Positions 28,493 through 38,861 are shown, numbered from the stretch's first letter. The stretch is DNA of 64,000 nt from Candidatus Cloacimonadales bacterium (GCA_963662275.1 OY759316.1:3808001-3872000); one strand, 5' to 3'. Notes: generated from the sequence alone by a model not told the origin. Numbers and translations: made by a program.

Positions 28493-28590
28493 TCAAACTC
28501 TCCCTTAATCCCTCCCTTTATCCAAAGGGAGGGAAATCAGACCGGATGCCTGTTTTGTTCATTCCTCCCTTTATCCAAAGGGAGGGAAAT
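28493..28590. repeat. Duplicated palindromic REP-like unit
   Basis: CCTCCCTTTATCCAAAGGGAGGGAAAT occurs twice. Confidence 0.75.
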
Positions 28591-28605
28591 TAGACCAAAT
28601 GCTGT

Positions 28606-29784
28606 TTATCCATTCCTCGCTTGTAATATTTTATAGAGGATAACCTCTATCTTTTTTTTCACAAGAGAAATCTCGTAATTATTGATAATTTTCAGCCTTG
28701 CCTGATTCCTGATCGTCTCAATTTCATCGAATGGAAGTAACTCCAGCTTCATTATCTTTTCAGCAAGAGCAGCACTTGAACATCTTTCGAAAAGGAAGCC
28801 ATCGGAGCCATTGGAAATAATCTCCTTAGGACCATAAGCATCTGTGGCAATCACAATCAGACGTTGAGCCATGGCTTCGATAATGACTCTTCCAAATGCC
28901 TCTTCAGCCAGGGTTGGCATAAGCATCACATCATAGTCAGGGAAAATGGATTGCAGTTTGAGGCTTTTTCCCATAAAGTGAAAATGCGAATCCAAGTGCA
29001 AGTCTTGAATTAGTTTTCTGCAGGCTTCTCCATATTCAGGATCTTCCTCACCATAAATATCCAAAGTGAATTCGAAACCTGGCTTCTCTTGTAAAATTTG
29101 GCTAAGTGCTCTGATGATGATATCCAACCCTTTCAATGGTTCTATTCTACCAGCAAAAATATACTTTATGGGCTTTGTTAAAACTCGGGGATTATCTTCT
29201 GGAATCCTAATCCCACGGGGTATGACATAGATTTCTTTGCTTCCATATCTCTCAGCTACCTGGCTTTCCATCCATTTTGACAGTACGATGACTGGTTCCA
29301 GGTGTATTTTCCCTCCAATCGTGAAAGGTAAAACCTGCTTCATTATACGAAACAAACGGCTTTTGAAACCTGATGTTACATAAGTTCTGAGCCAAATATC
29401 TCCCAGGTCAAAGACATGAGGCTGTTTAAGATGTTGGATAGCGATCACAGGAGAAATCGACAAAGCCTTCATATTCCCCAGGTAGACTATATCCGGATGC
29501 AATTGCTGAATCAGTGATTTTGTGATACGATAATTAAACACTTCCACACGATGCTTATCAAAAAAAGAACCATTGAGATAATCTATGTATCTGAGAATCC
29601 GCAGAGGCTTGTTTGGTTTGATGCTGCCAATTTCTTCACTCGGATTATCAATTCCTTTGATGCCGCAAAGAATATAGACTTCATGACTTTGCTCGTTCAT
29701 GTAATCCATTGTCTCTTTTACCGAGATTTCATAGCCTCCTTCAAAATAGGGAGGGTAATAATTGGAAATGCACAGTATCTTCAC
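28606..29784 (-). CDS. Glycosyltransferase family 4
   Basis: YYPPYFEGGYE, FAGRIEPLKG and EAFGRVIIEAM (EX7E) motifs. Confidence 0.9.
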   Translation of the reverse strand: MKILCISNYYPPYFEGGYEISVKETMDYMNEQSHEVYILCGIKGIDNPSEEIGSIKPNKPLRILRYIDYLNGSFFDKHRVEVFNYRITKSLIQQLHPDIVYLGNMKALSISPVIAIQHLKQPHVFDLGDIWLRTYVTSGFKSRLFRIMKQVLPFTIGGKIHLEPVIVLSKWMESQVAERYGSKEIYVIPRGIRIPEDNPRVLTKPIKYIFAGRIEPLKGLDIIIRALSQILQEKPGFEFTLDIYGEEDPEYGEACRKLIQDLHLDSHFHFMGKSLKLQSIFPDYDVMLMPTLAEEAFGRVIIEAMAQRLIVIATDAYGPKEIISNGSDGFLFERCSSAALAEKIMKLELLPFDEIETIRNQARLKIINNYEISLVKKKIEVILYKILQARNG

Positions 29785-29786
29785 GA

Positions 29787-30188
29787 TTATCTCCTTAACA
29801 TACCATTAATAACATCTATCAGATGCTTATCGGGATAGATATTGATGCCCAGATAGGATTTTATTAGGTATAGCATGAAAAGAATGACGATTAACATCAT
29901 TAACAAAATAAAAATATAGGTAAAGGCTTTGGCAATGTAAGTAAGACCCTTGTCCATGCTGCCTCTATCCATAGCTTTGAATTGGTTTCGATTATCTTTT
30001 CCGAAGATAATGACGAGATACCAATATCTGAAAAACCAAATTGAAAAACGAATATCAATAATACCACGGGATGGTACAGGAGGAAGCATACGCTTCATTA
30101 ACCCCATTAATTCCTTACGTTGTTCAAAGGTTAGGTTTTCGGTATTCTTCTTGTTAGAAATATTATTCTGATCAGGAGTTTCTATCAT
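29787..30188 (-). CDS. Small membrane protein of unknown function
   Basis: IDIRFSIWFFRYWYLVIIFGKDNR segment plus a C-terminal TM helix; 2-bp gaps to both neighbours. Confidence 0.7.
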   Translation of the reverse strand: MIETPDQNNISNKKNTENLTFEQRKELMGLMKRMLPPVPSRGIIDIRFSIWFFRYWYLVIIFGKDNRNQFKAMDRGSMDKGLTYIAKAFTYIFILLMMLIVILFMLYLIKSYLGINIYPDKHLIDVINGMLRR

Positions 30189-30190
30189 TT

Positions 30191-31579
30191 TTACCCATTG
30201 TTCAGAGCTAGGGACTCTGTTGTTAGCTGTTGAGAGATTTTTTTGTTCTTTTGTGTATTTCTGATTGATAGCTTCTTCAAGACTGCGATTAAAGCAAAAA
30301 TGAGCATGAGTTGGTAAAAATTATTGGTTTGCTTGAGAACCCACTCTAGAGTGGATTCCGTATAGATTGCCAGTAGACCTCCAATTAATCCTATCGAGAA
30401 GAACTGATAGTCTGTTTTTTTATACCTGAAATAATTCTGAATATTCATGAAATAGAAGTAGAAAAGGAAGCAGAAAAAGATGAATAGTGTGTGCCAACCG
30501 CATTCAGCTGCGATCATTAAATAGATGGTTTCCACCAAGCCATTTTTCTCATCAGGATCATCAGGATTCAGCATCTCAATATGATTGCTATACTGCCAGG
30601 GCGGATTGATCTTGATACCGAAATTATTCAACCCAATCCCCAAAGGTTTATCCTTCACCATTTTCAGGGCTGCAATAGCAAGTTCCTTACGCACATTTGT
30701 TGATTCTTCAGGAGCTGTTCGAAATCTCTCACTGATAGAATCCCAAGCCTGTACCAGGACAACGATACCTAAAATGAGCAAGAGAAACGTGACCCCCAGT
30801 TTTTTCATAGAGAAACCGCTGGAAAAGGATAGAATTAAAACGATACAGATAGACAACGCATACAGCACCATTCCTGCCCTGGATAGTGTTGATATCACAA
30901 CGACGGAGATCATGCCGAAGAGAATCAGCCACACAAAGAACTTAATGAATTTAACATTCTTTTTGTTCAAAAGATAGGAAAAGACCAAAGAACCGAGAAT
31001 GATTGAATACATAACCAGTGAGTTCTGATGCGGAAAGGGACCTGACGATTGAAACTTCCCCTGCACATACTTCTGTACCATCACCTGGTAGAAGATAAAG
31101 GCAATAATTGCAGCCACACCCCTCATAAAGTCATTGAATTGCTTATAATCGTTTACGTAATTATAGATAACAAAGAAGTAAACAAACATCCTCATCATCT
31201 TCCAAAGTTCAAAAAGTGAAAAGATGATGACACTTGAATTTACGATAGATAGGGCACTGAAGGCAAAATAGGCAAAGAAAATATATGATCCAGGCGGTAG
31301 GTGAATGGGGTATTTGTTTTTACGGTGCAGAACTAATAGTAAGATCACCGTTGTTGCAATATCAACCATTCCTATTTCAAAGCCTTTTGAAGTTAATCTG
31401 AAAGTTTCGCGTGATACAAAGTTGATATCCTGCATCTGGATGGTGAAAAACACCATCAAAAAGAAGATGACTTTCTCAACCATAGGGTTTTTAAGTGAAA
31501 GAAAATAACCTGAGGGAACTCCAATCAGTAGAACTGCAAAGAAAACGAAGTATTTAACATTGGATAGCAGGTCAGTCAT
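30191..31579 (-). CDS. O-antigen ligase/Wzy-type polymerase
   Basis: Multi-TM protein; GPFPHQN, TLSRAG and PLGIGLNNF motifs. Confidence 0.85.
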   Translation of the reverse strand: MTDLLSNVKYFVFFAVLLIGVPSGYFLSLKNPMVEKVIFFLMVFFTIQMQDINFVSRETFRLTSKGFEIGMVDIATTVILLLVLHRKNKYPIHLPPGSYIFFAYFAFSALSIVNSSVIIFSLFELWKMMRMFVYFFVIYNYVNDYKQFNDFMRGVAAIIAFIFYQVMVQKYVQGKFQSSGPFPHQNSLVMYSIILGSLVFSYLLNKKNVKFIKFFVWLILFGMISVVVISTLSRAGMVLYALSICIVLILSFSSGFSMKKLGVTFLLLILGIVVLVQAWDSISERFRTAPEESTNVRKELAIAALKMVKDKPLGIGLNNFGIKINPPWQYSNHIEMLNPDDPDEKNGLVETIYLMIAAECGWHTLFIFFCFLFYFYFMNIQNYFRYKKTDYQFFSIGLIGGLLAIYTESTLEWVLKQTNNFYQLMLIFALIAVLKKLSIRNTQKNKKISQQLTTESLALNNG

Positions 31580-31709
31580 GATAAAATCTTGAGCTTAACT
31601 ATCGCATGTCTGTTTGGCAACTCAGAGCTATAGGAATGAATTTGTGAAAAAAGAGAACCAGGCAAATAGGCTTTATTGATAGTTAAGTAACCTGGTACAA
31701 GATAAGACA

Positions 31710-32771
31710 TTAATTACCACCTGCTTTCTGGATCATATCATTAACGAACCATGCGGATTGAAATGCTTGGAGACTGGGTAGTGCCATAGTTACAACATCA
31801 TTCCATTTCGCTATTGGATTCTTGGGAACAAAGATAATATCATTTGGTTGTAAGGCGAAATCAAATTTTCTTGCATGCATGATAGCTCTGACATGTATTT
31901 TGTAGAGATGTGGACTGGAAAGACTACCCCTGATGACATATACGGTAGATATAGCAGTTGATTTAAATCCTTGAGCAAATGAGATGCTCTGCAACAGCGT
32001 CATATTTTCCTGGTAAAAGAAATGACCCGCCAGATTCACTTCACCCAATATATATATTTCCTTGCTGGTAGCGGAAGGCACATAGATGTAGTCTTTATCG
32101 ATAAGAGGAATATTATAACGGGTATTGCCTTTTTGAACAAGTTCAACAAAATCTATTGGTAGAATCTTATTGTCACGAGTCAGGAAAGTTCTTTCCAAAT
32201 CAGCCAGTTCAATGGTGGCAGTTGGATAATATCCCAAAGCAAAACCTCCGGCATTAGCGATTGCATCAAGTACTCTCATGCTTCCTGAAATCTTGAAAGT
32301 GCCCGGATGCATGACCTTTCCTAAGAGTGTTACTGTTGAATTCCTGGTTTCAATTAGAATGATTGATACCTTGGGATACAGTAAATATGCCTGTAGTTTA
32401 TGTTCAAGCAACGTTGTGGCTTCAGCGATAGTGAGTCCTCCCACCTGCACTTCACCGACCAGGCGAAAGGATAGAGTCCCATCCTCTTTCACTATGACAA
32501 CATCTGTATCCAGCTCCGGTTCATCATAGACATAGATTTTCATCTTATCCCCCGGCTCAAGCTTGTATGGAGGCAAGACGATATTGTTTAAACTGTCTAT
32601 TTGTGCATAAATTGTATCCTGGGACGTGATCTGAGTTTCTTCCAGATAATCAGGTGTGATTTTACGATTTACTTTACTATTCGACAAGCCTTTGTTTGAT
32701 GTGCATGATGCGAATAGGAAGATACTCAACATTAATAAAATTAGCTTGATTGGTGTATTTATTTTTATCAT
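31710..32771 (-). CDS. wza: Polysaccharide export lipoprotein (Wza/OPX)
   Basis: LFASC lipobox, YKLEPGD poly_export motif, SLBB repeats. Confidence 0.88.
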   Translation of the reverse strand: MIKINTPIKLILLMLSIFLFASCTSNKGLSNSKVNRKITPDYLEETQITSQDTIYAQIDSLNNIVLPPYKLEPGDKMKIYVYDEPELDTDVVIVKEDGTLSFRLVGEVQVGGLTIAEATTLLEHKLQAYLLYPKVSIILIETRNSTVTLLGKVMHPGTFKISGSMRVLDAIANAGGFALGYYPTATIELADLERTFLTRDNKILPIDFVELVQKGNTRYNIPLIDKDYIYVPSATSKEIYILGEVNLAGHFFYQENMTLLQSISFAQGFKSTAISTVYVIRGSLSSPHLYKIHVRAIMHARKFDFALQPNDIIFVPKNPIAKWNDVVTMALPSLQAFQSAWFVNDMIQKAGGN

Positions 32772-32775
32772 GCTA

Positions 32776-34773
32776 TTACTCTTTTGGAAAGAAGTCTTTA
32801 TGTACATAATTTAAAACTCCATAGACATTTGTGAATTTTCTCTCTTTCAGATATTTGTTGATTTTTACCAAGCTGCTTCTACTGCTCCTCTTGAAACGGC
32901 CTACCATAATGAGGGCATCTGCAGCAGTGACAATACTAGAGAAAAGCAACGGACTGTGCTGGTAATCGAAAAGCTCCCAAAAAATATAATCATACTCCGT
33001 TTGAGAATCGAGAAATGCACTGACTCGCTTGGAATCTAACAAGAGAGAAAAGACATGTTCGTCTGATAAAAAATAGGCATGGGATATGTTTGAGCTTCGT
33101 TTTTGTATTTGATATTTATCCGTGATATCGTAGAGGTAGTTGTTGAGCAAATATGGTTCTGTATCGGCAGTAGGGATTTGGATGGAATCAATGTACAGGA
33201 TTCTTTTCTTCTGATCTGACAGCATTCTGATAATGTCACAAATCAGGAAAGACTTACCTGTTTCCGGGACATCACTCCCAAAAGCTAATACTGATTTCCG
33301 ATTATCACTCGAAAGGCGCATAATGTTATCGACAAGTACCTGTAGATTTTTTAAATACACATTCTTTTCAAATTGATCTTCATCGGGTAACAGTCCGATT
33401 AATGGCATCATTCCGTTACCTGAAAAATCCTTATCGGATTTGAGATAAGGATCTAGAATTTCCTTTCCGATAACAAAGACCGAACATAGCCCAAAAATCA
33501 ATATTCCTATCCCCAGTACCACCATTTTGCGGTTTGTTCCTTCAGGAAACACGGGAGGTTTGGCTGACTCTATGATCTCGTAATCACTGACATTCGACTG
33601 AATTGACATCTGTGATTCAGCCAACCTGGCTTCAACGATGCGAAGAATATCACGATTCAGTTGCAGTTGTCTATCTATCTCCAGAAATTCCTTCTCCACG
33701 GTTGTCAGATCGCCCAGGGAAGTTCTAATACTATCAATTTTAGTTTTGAATTCTTTATTCATTTTCAGTGAAGCCTGTCTTTCAGCTTCAAAACGTGATT
33801 TATCAATGGTATAGACATCCTTCAAACCACTGGGTCCCCATGTTTCCGCATCCGGCAGATCACGGGAATCTCCGCTCGTTGTTTTCTGAAGCTCCCTGAT
33901 ATCATCAATTACTTTACTTACCTTGGGATTATCATCCGTATATCTGGTTCTTAATGTTTCCAATTCTCTCTGTAAATCCAACAGCCTTCTCTGGTCTGTC
34001 TGCGAATAAGTCCAATTCAGCATATTTTTGGCTGGAACATCCGCAAGCTTCTTGTTCATTTCCGATATTTTGCTATCCATTTCTGTTGCTTTTAACTGGT
34101 TTTTAATCATCTCAATTTCGACTTCTTTCAACTGGTCAAACTTGCTTTGTGATTCCTGGGAAACCGAGATGACACCATATTGTTCACGAAACTGATCGTT
34201 TTTGAACTCCAGGTTCTGAATTGCTAACAATCTATTTTGTTTCTCCTGTAAGTAATACTGATAGATTTTTTGAGTGGCTGAATTCATGAGCCTGATATTA
34301 TTCGTAATAAATGAAGTCGCTGTTGCATTGGCAATCTTAGCTGCCATTTCACGATCAGGCCAAGTAGCCGTAAAGCTGAGAACACTGGATCGATTGCCAC
34401 GCTGTACATCAACAGCTTTGAAGAGGGCTTCGGGAGTTGTTTTTAAATCCAGTTTTTTGATGACATCTACTAGCACATCCCTGATTCGCACAGTTTCAAG
34501 AACTGTATGTATATCAAAAGTCTGATAGAGATAGGGCATTTCAACCGGAGTGGACATATTTTTAGGAGCCATGATCATGAAACATCGTGCTTTCCAGGTT
34601 GGAGAGATATTCACTTTTGCCCAGATACCAGCTATAATCATGCAAATAATAGTGAAAATGATGATGTACCGTATTTTTTTACGATACACAATGAAAAGTA
34701 TCCTGCGATCAATAATAAGAGAAGGACCGCTGGATTCCTGACTTTCTTCGACAGATGTATTTTCGTTAGACAA
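32776..34773 (-). CDS. Polysaccharide co-polymerase (GumC/Wzc-like) with degenerate kinase domain
   Basis: Two TMs flanking a coiled coil, YTDDNPKV, C-terminal ETGKS; TTG start after GGAG. Confidence 0.8.
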   Translation of the reverse strand: MSNENTSVEESQESSGPSLIIDRRILFIVYRKKIRYIIIFTIICMIIAGIWAKVNISPTWKARCFMIMAPKNMSTPVEMPYLYQTFDIHTVLETVRIRDVLVDVIKKLDLKTTPEALFKAVDVQRGNRSSVLSFTATWPDREMAAKIANATATSFITNNIRLMNSATQKIYQYYLQEKQNRLLAIQNLEFKNDQFREQYGVISVSQESQSKFDQLKEVEIEMIKNQLKATEMDSKISEMNKKLADVPAKNMLNWTYSQTDQRRLLDLQRELETLRTRYTDDNPKVSKVIDDIRELQKTTSGDSRDLPDAETWGPSGLKDVYTIDKSRFEAERQASLKMNKEFKTKIDSIRTSLGDLTTVEKEFLEIDRQLQLNRDILRIVEARLAESQMSIQSNVSDYEIIESAKPPVFPEGTNRKMVVLGIGILIFGLCSVFVIGKEILDPYLKSDKDFSGNGMMPLIGLLPDEDQFEKNVYLKNLQVLVDNIMRLSSDNRKSVLAFGSDVPETGKSFLICDIIRMLSDQKKRILYIDSIQIPTADTEPYLLNNYLYDITDKYQIQKRSSNISHAYFLSDEHVFSLLLDSKRVSAFLDSQTEYDYIFWELFDYQHSPLLFSSIVTAADALIMVGRFKRSSRSSLVKINKYLKERKFTNVYGVLNYVHKDFFPKE

Positions 34774-35899
34774 GTTCACTCTCCATGGTTTTTCTGATAT
34801 CTGTGATCGATTGAATATTCTCGGGTATCTGTCTATTGGATAACATAATTGAATAGGAATGGATGGCATCAGGATGATAACCATGCATGCCCGGAATGAC
34901 TTTTAAACCCATGTAACTTGGGTTGATCAGGATTCCTTCATTCATCAGGAAGAACATCTCTCCAAAGAGATTATGAGGAAAAGAGACTCTCAGCTTTTTC
35001 ATCTCTTCATCACGAACGATGTAGCCACTGGAAACCTTTTGTAATGCCGTTGTGATATCTTTCTTTGCCTGATCATTGAAGAACCAGAATCTTGCCATCG
35101 TCGAATCATAAAACCCGATGTAATCTTTCCCATATTCATAGCCCAAAGCCGTAATATCCTTGACCAGGTCATATGAACCTGTTACAGGAGCCATGCCATG
35201 ATCAGAAATGACATACAGACTCACTTCATCATAGAGTTTACCTGCAAAGCGATAAAGATCTTCAATTTGGCTTTCCAGGGAATGCAGCTTATCCTGGGTG
35301 GCTTGTGAAAATGGTCCATGAGCGTGCATGACACTATCAAGTTTCGGCAGATACACATAAACGAATTTTACTTTTGCCTCTGAAATCATTCTTTTATTGG
35401 CAATCAGCACTTCAGCTTCCGATTCTCTCCAGTTTGAACAGTAATAGGGAATATCCTTTTCAATACACCAATCGAAGATAGTATCTGTCTTTAATATTCC
35501 ACCTGGAACGAAGTAATCTCTCTTTTCCAAGTAATCAAAATATGGCAGGTACCGAAAAGGTACGCTATAAAGCTCAAAATACCCGGTATAAGAATTGAGA
35601 CGTTTAATGATTTTACTGAGGTTATGGCGCACTCTCCATCGATCAAATACTGTCGGCAGCATCGCCATATATTTCATCCATTTGAATGGAGAATTCTCAG
35701 GGTCATAAATAAAACTCGACCAATGAGTATGTTCATCCGGATATCTGCCTGTAAGTATGGAAGGATCAGCAGCAGAGGAAAAGCCGAATGTGGTTTGCAA
35801 ACGTCGGGAGTTAGGAGCTACCTTATTCAGGAAGCCGTACTTTTGATAGATTTCCCATCCTAATGCATCTATAAAAACATACATGGCGAGTTTTTTCAT
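34766..35899 (-). CDS. Alkaline phosphatase superfamily protein (nucleotide pyrophosphatase/phosphodiesterase type)
   Basis: FIDALG, SILTG, DSVMHAHG, SDHGM and GMHGY metal-ligand motifs; no signal peptide. Confidence 0.85.
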   Translation of the reverse strand: MKKLAMYVFIDALGWEIYQKYGFLNKVAPNSRRLQTTFGFSSAADPSILTGRYPDEHTHWSSFIYDPENSPFKWMKYMAMLPTVFDRWRVRHNLSKIIKRLNSYTGYFELYSVPFRYLPYFDYLEKRDYFVPGGILKTDTIFDWCIEKDIPYYCSNWRESEAEVLIANKRMISEAKVKFVYVYLPKLDSVMHAHGPFSQATQDKLHSLESQIEDLYRFAGKLYDEVSLYVISDHGMAPVTGSYDLVKDITALGYEYGKDYIGFYDSTMARFWFFNDQAKKDITTALQKVSSGYIVRDEEMKKLRVSFPHNLFGEMFFLMNEGILINPSYMGLKVIPGMHGYHPDAIHSYSIMLSNRQIPENIQSITDIRKTMESELV

Positions 35900-35908
35900 G
35901 ATAAACTC

Positions 35909-37048
35909 CTAATTGTATCTCTGCCACAAGCGTACAAAACGCTTTTGCAGGAGTACGGTATCCTCTGTGTGACTCAGCCCAAGTTTCTGACAGAGCTCTT
36001 TGATGTCCATGTTCTCTCCAAAAATCAGCCAAGGTAAAGTATAAAACAAACGGAGACGCGGATAGCTTTTAAATAATGTCCATTCAAATCCATTGGCTCT
36101 GGTGTCTTTCAGGTTCAAAGCCAGATTCTTCAGATTGCTCAATAGTCCATTATCTCCTAGATGAGTGTTCCTCAATTCTTCAAGGTAAACTTGATAATCA
36201 ATTTGATCTATACAAAAAAACAAAGCCCACATTTCAAAATACACGTCCTTGAACATACTGACAGCTTCCTGGTGCCGATTATACAAGATATCAGATGTCT
36301 CGGGTTTAATCTGAGGTTGCAACTTAAAAGCCATAGCTTCATGGAAGCGGGTTTTGAATTTATCGTTGGTCGTATATTTTGAAACATCAGTGTTATGGAT
36401 GCGTGATATTCTCTCGACATTCGACCAATGATATGTACCCTCGGCGATGAGAATTGCCTCTCCTAAAGCCTGGTAAGCTTTATGTATGTTGCGATTGATA
36501 AAATCATATTCGCAAGTTTCCTTGCCTGTATCTAGATATTCTTTAGCAAAATATAATCCCATTGCTCGATTCAAAAGCAGCTTCAGGGCTTCCATCAGGG
36601 GAATCTGATTTCCTTTCCAGTCAGGTAGATACCGGAGTATGTTCTCTCTTCCATAAATCACTTTGTGCCCCTGTTTGAGGTCATACCACATCAGTGTGAA
36701 AGGTGCTTTGGGAAGAGTATCAATTGCCTTCAAATCTGAAAAATCAATATCCACTCCATATTTCTCACTCAATTCATGATGCAAATCCTTCAATTTGTGC
36801 TCGATCTGTTTTTTTTCCCAAGGGTGAAGTTTCTTGGAGATAACGAAGAAATCCATATCATTGTATAGCTTTTCACCCTCTAGTGTTTGCAGCACTCCTC
36901 CTTCACCTCTGCCGTATCCACCACCCAGGATGAGGGCATGAATGTTCACACAATCAATTACCTGCTGAAACTTTAAACTGATATCAGCAAGAATGGCAGC
37001 TATGTATTCATCAAATGAGTCTGAGCCATAAACAGAATATTTACTCAT
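35909..37048 (-). CDS. Pol-beta-superfamily nucleotidyltransferase-like protein
   Basis: LILGGGYGRGEG...NDMDF and a distal DIDF; helical C-terminal domain. Confidence 0.7.
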   Translation of the reverse strand: MSKYSVYGSDSFDEYIAAILADISLKFQQVIDCVNIHALILGGGYGRGEGGVLQTLEGEKLYNDMDFFVISKKLHPWEKKQIEHKLKDLHHELSEKYGVDIDFSDLKAIDTLPKAPFTLMWYDLKQGHKVIYGRENILRYLPDWKGNQIPLMEALKLLLNRAMGLYFAKEYLDTGKETCEYDFINRNIHKAYQALGEAILIAEGTYHWSNVERISRIHNTDVSKYTTNDKFKTRFHEAMAFKLQPQIKPETSDILYNRHQEAVSMFKDVYFEMWALFFCIDQIDYQVYLEELRNTHLGDNGLLSNLKNLALNLKDTRANGFEWTLFKSYPRLRLFYTLPWLIFGENMDIKELCQKLGLSHTEDTVLLQKRFVRLWQRYN

Positions 37049-37089
37049 GTTATATCCTAAAACTGAGATTTATTTCGTACTTGAGGACT

Positions 37090-38490
37090 TTACTGGGTTG
37101 TGATCTTTGGAGTGCTTCGTAGTCTTCTTAAAATAGTCTTAGCTATGATCTTCAGGTTGTTTTTTGTCGAGATTTTGTTCATATATTCAAGTTCATAGAA
37201 AACACTCACTTCCTGGGTTTCAATATCCACTGTTTCGGGAAGTGAGAAAACGCCAGGTGCATAAATTGGGAGTTCATGTACTAACTTGCGATTTTGGATT
37301 GAATTTAGATAAAGATGATTCCCAACTAAATGAAGTTTTCCGAAGACTACTTTCCAGAGCAGTCCAAACTTATCCAGGCAGAACTTCATCATAAATCTAC
37401 CGAACAAAGTGCTGGAGAGTTTCCTCTGGTCAGCTGCGAAATCAAGTTGATAGCTCTTATTGAGCAGATGTTCACTTCTCAATTTCCCTGCAATCAGGCT
37501 GAAAGGTAAATACAATAATACCCATGGCAGCAATTGAAGAATGATTAAAAGGAAGGTGAAGAGAATCTGCGTTAAACGGTTAAAAATTGATATCACAATC
37601 CCTTGTTCTAATTCAGAAACGAGTATTTTATCAGAGATATGGATGATTTCGCCTGATATCCCACTGATCAGGTTTTTACCGTATACGATCTTCTCATGAA
37701 TATCAAGCTCTGTTCCGATGTACGTGTTATCGTAAATAATACTATCGGTTACAGCACTATTCTCGTCAACAATGACGTTGTTTCCTATGATGCTGTTGGA
37801 TCCGATAATGGTATATTTCTGGAAACGGCATCCATTCCCGATCATTATGGGTGGCTTGATCTCTGAACTGTTTGGATAAATGATGTTAATCCCTAGAAAT
37901 GTATTGGCTTCGTTTGAGTATCCGGGAAGAACATAAGATTGATTACGGTTCTTCAGTATTTCCATTGAAAGTTGATAATAATCGACAACCCCATGTATTT
38001 CTCGAATCACAAGCTGAGCATTTGGATCTTCGTCACTAGGCAGGAGAGATTTGATCTTTTCTCCTTTGGGAAGATAGATGAAGCGACGATCAGAATTACC
38101 CAAACAGAATTTCTGTTCCAGGCTCACACCTTTTCCAAGTTCTTTTCGGTCATACTGAACAAAGAAAAACCCATCCCAAAAAAGCATATCCTGGTCTTTG
38201 CAAAAGGAATAGTTCTTGAGATACACATCTTCGAGGCTATCTTCAGGTTTCGTGAGGGCATAGCTGATATTCACACCCCACTTTGCACCATCCTTAAAAT
38301 ACTCTTCAATCCCCTTGATAGATTTATCTGAAACGATTCTCAGTTCAGTTACTTTCAATAAGGAAACCAGATCAAGACTATACTCAAGAAGCGGTTTGTT
38401 CACGATTTTTAACATGTAGGGATCTTGTTTTGGAAAATATTCATTCAGCCAAAGTAAATCATTACTCTTGGCGTAGATCAAACAACGCAT
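37090..38490 (-). CDS. NDP-sugar pyrophosphorylase-like + LbH + degenerate sugar-transferase fusion
   Basis: MLKIVNKPLLEY and DGAKWGVNISY, hexapeptide repeats, C-terminal ...LHLVG...PGVF. Confidence 0.7.
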   Translation of the reverse strand: MRCLIYAKSNDLLWLNEYFPKQDPYMLKIVNKPLLEYSLDLVSLLKVTELRIVSDKSIKGIEEYFKDGAKWGVNISYALTKPEDSLEDVYLKNYSFCKDQDMLFWDGFFFVQYDRKELGKGVSLEQKFCLGNSDRRFIYLPKGEKIKSLLPSDEDPNAQLVIREIHGVVDYYQLSMEILKNRNQSYVLPGYSNEANTFLGINIIYPNSSEIKPPIMIGNGCRFQKYTIIGSNSIIGNNVIVDENSAVTDSIIYDNTYIGTELDIHEKIVYGKNLISGISGEIIHISDKILVSELEQGIVISIFNRLTQILFTFLLIILQLLPWVLLYLPFSLIAGKLRSEHLLNKSYQLDFAADQRKLSSTLFGRFMMKFCLDKFGLLWKVVFGKLHLVGNHLYLNSIQNRKLVHELPIYAPGVFSLPETVDIETQEVSVFYELEYMNKISTKNNLKIIAKTILRRLRSTPKITTQ

Positions 38491-38522
38491 ACAACCCCCT
38501 GTTATAAAAACTAGGCTATTGA

Positions 38523-38861
38523 CTATTCACTTTCAAAACTGAGTATTGCTGCATCCAGATCGTCGAAAATATCAAATATCTTATGTGCGCGTGTAATGTC
38601 GAAAACCATACGTGGCTTATCTTGTAAACACGCGATCCTGACATCTCCACCACCTTGCGAGGCAGCCTTTAAACACGCCACTATTGTTCCTAAGCCAGTA
38701 CTGTCGATAAAGTCGCATTCTGCCAAATTGAGAACAAAGTTCGTTGCTTTTTCCGATGCTTGCTCAAAGACAGTTTTTAATTCAGGTGCATTGTACGCAT
38801 CCAATCGACCATATACTTCGATAACTCCAACGTTGCCTGCTAGTTTGAATTCAGTTTTCAT
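38523..38861 (-). CDS. STAS-domain anti-anti-sigma factor
   Basis: GRLDAYNA and FIDSTGLG with the phosphorylatable Ser. Confidence 0.9.
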   Translation of the reverse strand: MKTEFKLAGNVGVIEVYGRLDAYNAPELKTVFEQASEKATNFVLNLAECDFIDSTGLGTIVACLKAASQGGGDVRIACLQDKPRMVFDITRAHKIFDIFDDLDAAILSFESE

